DNA of 64,000 nt from Fimbriosthenelais zetlandica (taxonomy: Eukaryota). A program made the position numbers and the translations under genes. Shown here one piece after another: positions 63,221-64,000 of the stretch. The stretch is taken from NCBI GenBank assembly GCA_977030845.1, contig OZ365114.1, forward strand, positions 25,172,001 through 25,236,000, in the 5' to 3' direction. Below the pieces are notes generated by a model that saw only the letters and a list, made by a program, of their open reading frames with translations, was not told the origin of the DNA and did no database searches. How positions within the stretch are numbered: position 1 is the stretch's first letter; every line of letters begins with the position of its first letter.

Positions 63221-64000
63221 TCAATTTTGTAATAGATATGCGATAAGAAGCCATCTCCTAATCATGATCTTTAAGTCCATCAATAGATTACTACCACTTT
63301 ATCGGGAGGTAACGCAATCATCGCAGGGATAACTTTACATATCATTCACTTTAGAGCTACATAGGATCTTCGCTCTAACTTTATACCGGCTATTAGTCTT
63401 GGGTAACCAGACATTAGCTTGAGGCAGCAGTAATAACTGACATAGCATACTCGACTAGACCGACATAAATGTATCATTATATTGTACACACACGGATGTA
63501 ATATCAAGATTCTCAATCTTTTGTTATAATTTAAGAACAGCGTGATAATTAACTCTACATATACAAATCTTCATTAGAGCAGAAAAAGAATGAAAAATGT
63601 AAACCTTACTCTCATAAAACTGATCGATGCAGCCATTCTTTATGAATGAATGGATACAAGTTGGAGTCATTTCCCTAAAGAAAACACCTCCTTCAAGAGC
63701 TATAACTCTCTCCGTTCATTACGATCACCATTACATTGGTGTAAGCATCGTTTATCATTAGAATTAATGAATGGAAAGAAGGATGATAATGGAAGGTTTG
63801 CTCTGTCTGGGACTGCTTCCCGAGAGGCCACTAATTGCACCTAATCCTCTCGATTGATTTGCGGCTTTTTGCTCAGCATATTCACATTGAATTCGTCTTA
63901 ATGGGAGATGAGAGGGAACGCTGAAAACAAATCAGAAACCGACTAATTTCAAATATAGATGGTGCGCCATGTTTATCATACGATTCCACACATGCGTAAC

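Overview
Animal (invertebrate bilaterian) nuclear DNA with spliceosomal GT-AG introns; I see no rRNA, tRNA or CRISPR array. Reading splice sites by hand gives six protein-coding genes, most invisible or fragmentary in the ORF track: (1) the first coding exon of a SHOX homeobox orthologue (- strand, runs off the left edge), followed by about 20 kb of gene-free, TAAT-rich upstream DNA; (2) a 3-exon, 185-aa PMP22/claudin-superfamily tetraspan gene, with a 3.1-kb non-autonomous TIR transposon in intron 2; (3) an intact 5-exon MBLAC1; (4, 5) two tandem, intact 6-exon 787-aa NB-ARC/STAND-TPR genes that lack any N-terminal effector domain, formed by a ~5.5-kb duplication that also left a broken MBLAC1 piece; (6) a micro-exon gene on the - strand spread over 15.5 kb. 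This last gene splices in frame to signal peptide + propeptide + RQKR furin site + a 34-aa C-x3-C-x10-C-x3-C peptide, and its promoter carries CArG, AP-1 and CRE-type sites. It is the best candidate for an undescribed signalling peptide; the effector-less STAND-TPR pair is the second highlight. The rest is mostly decayed LINE relics and small repeats. All family assignments come from motif recognition by eye, not database searches.
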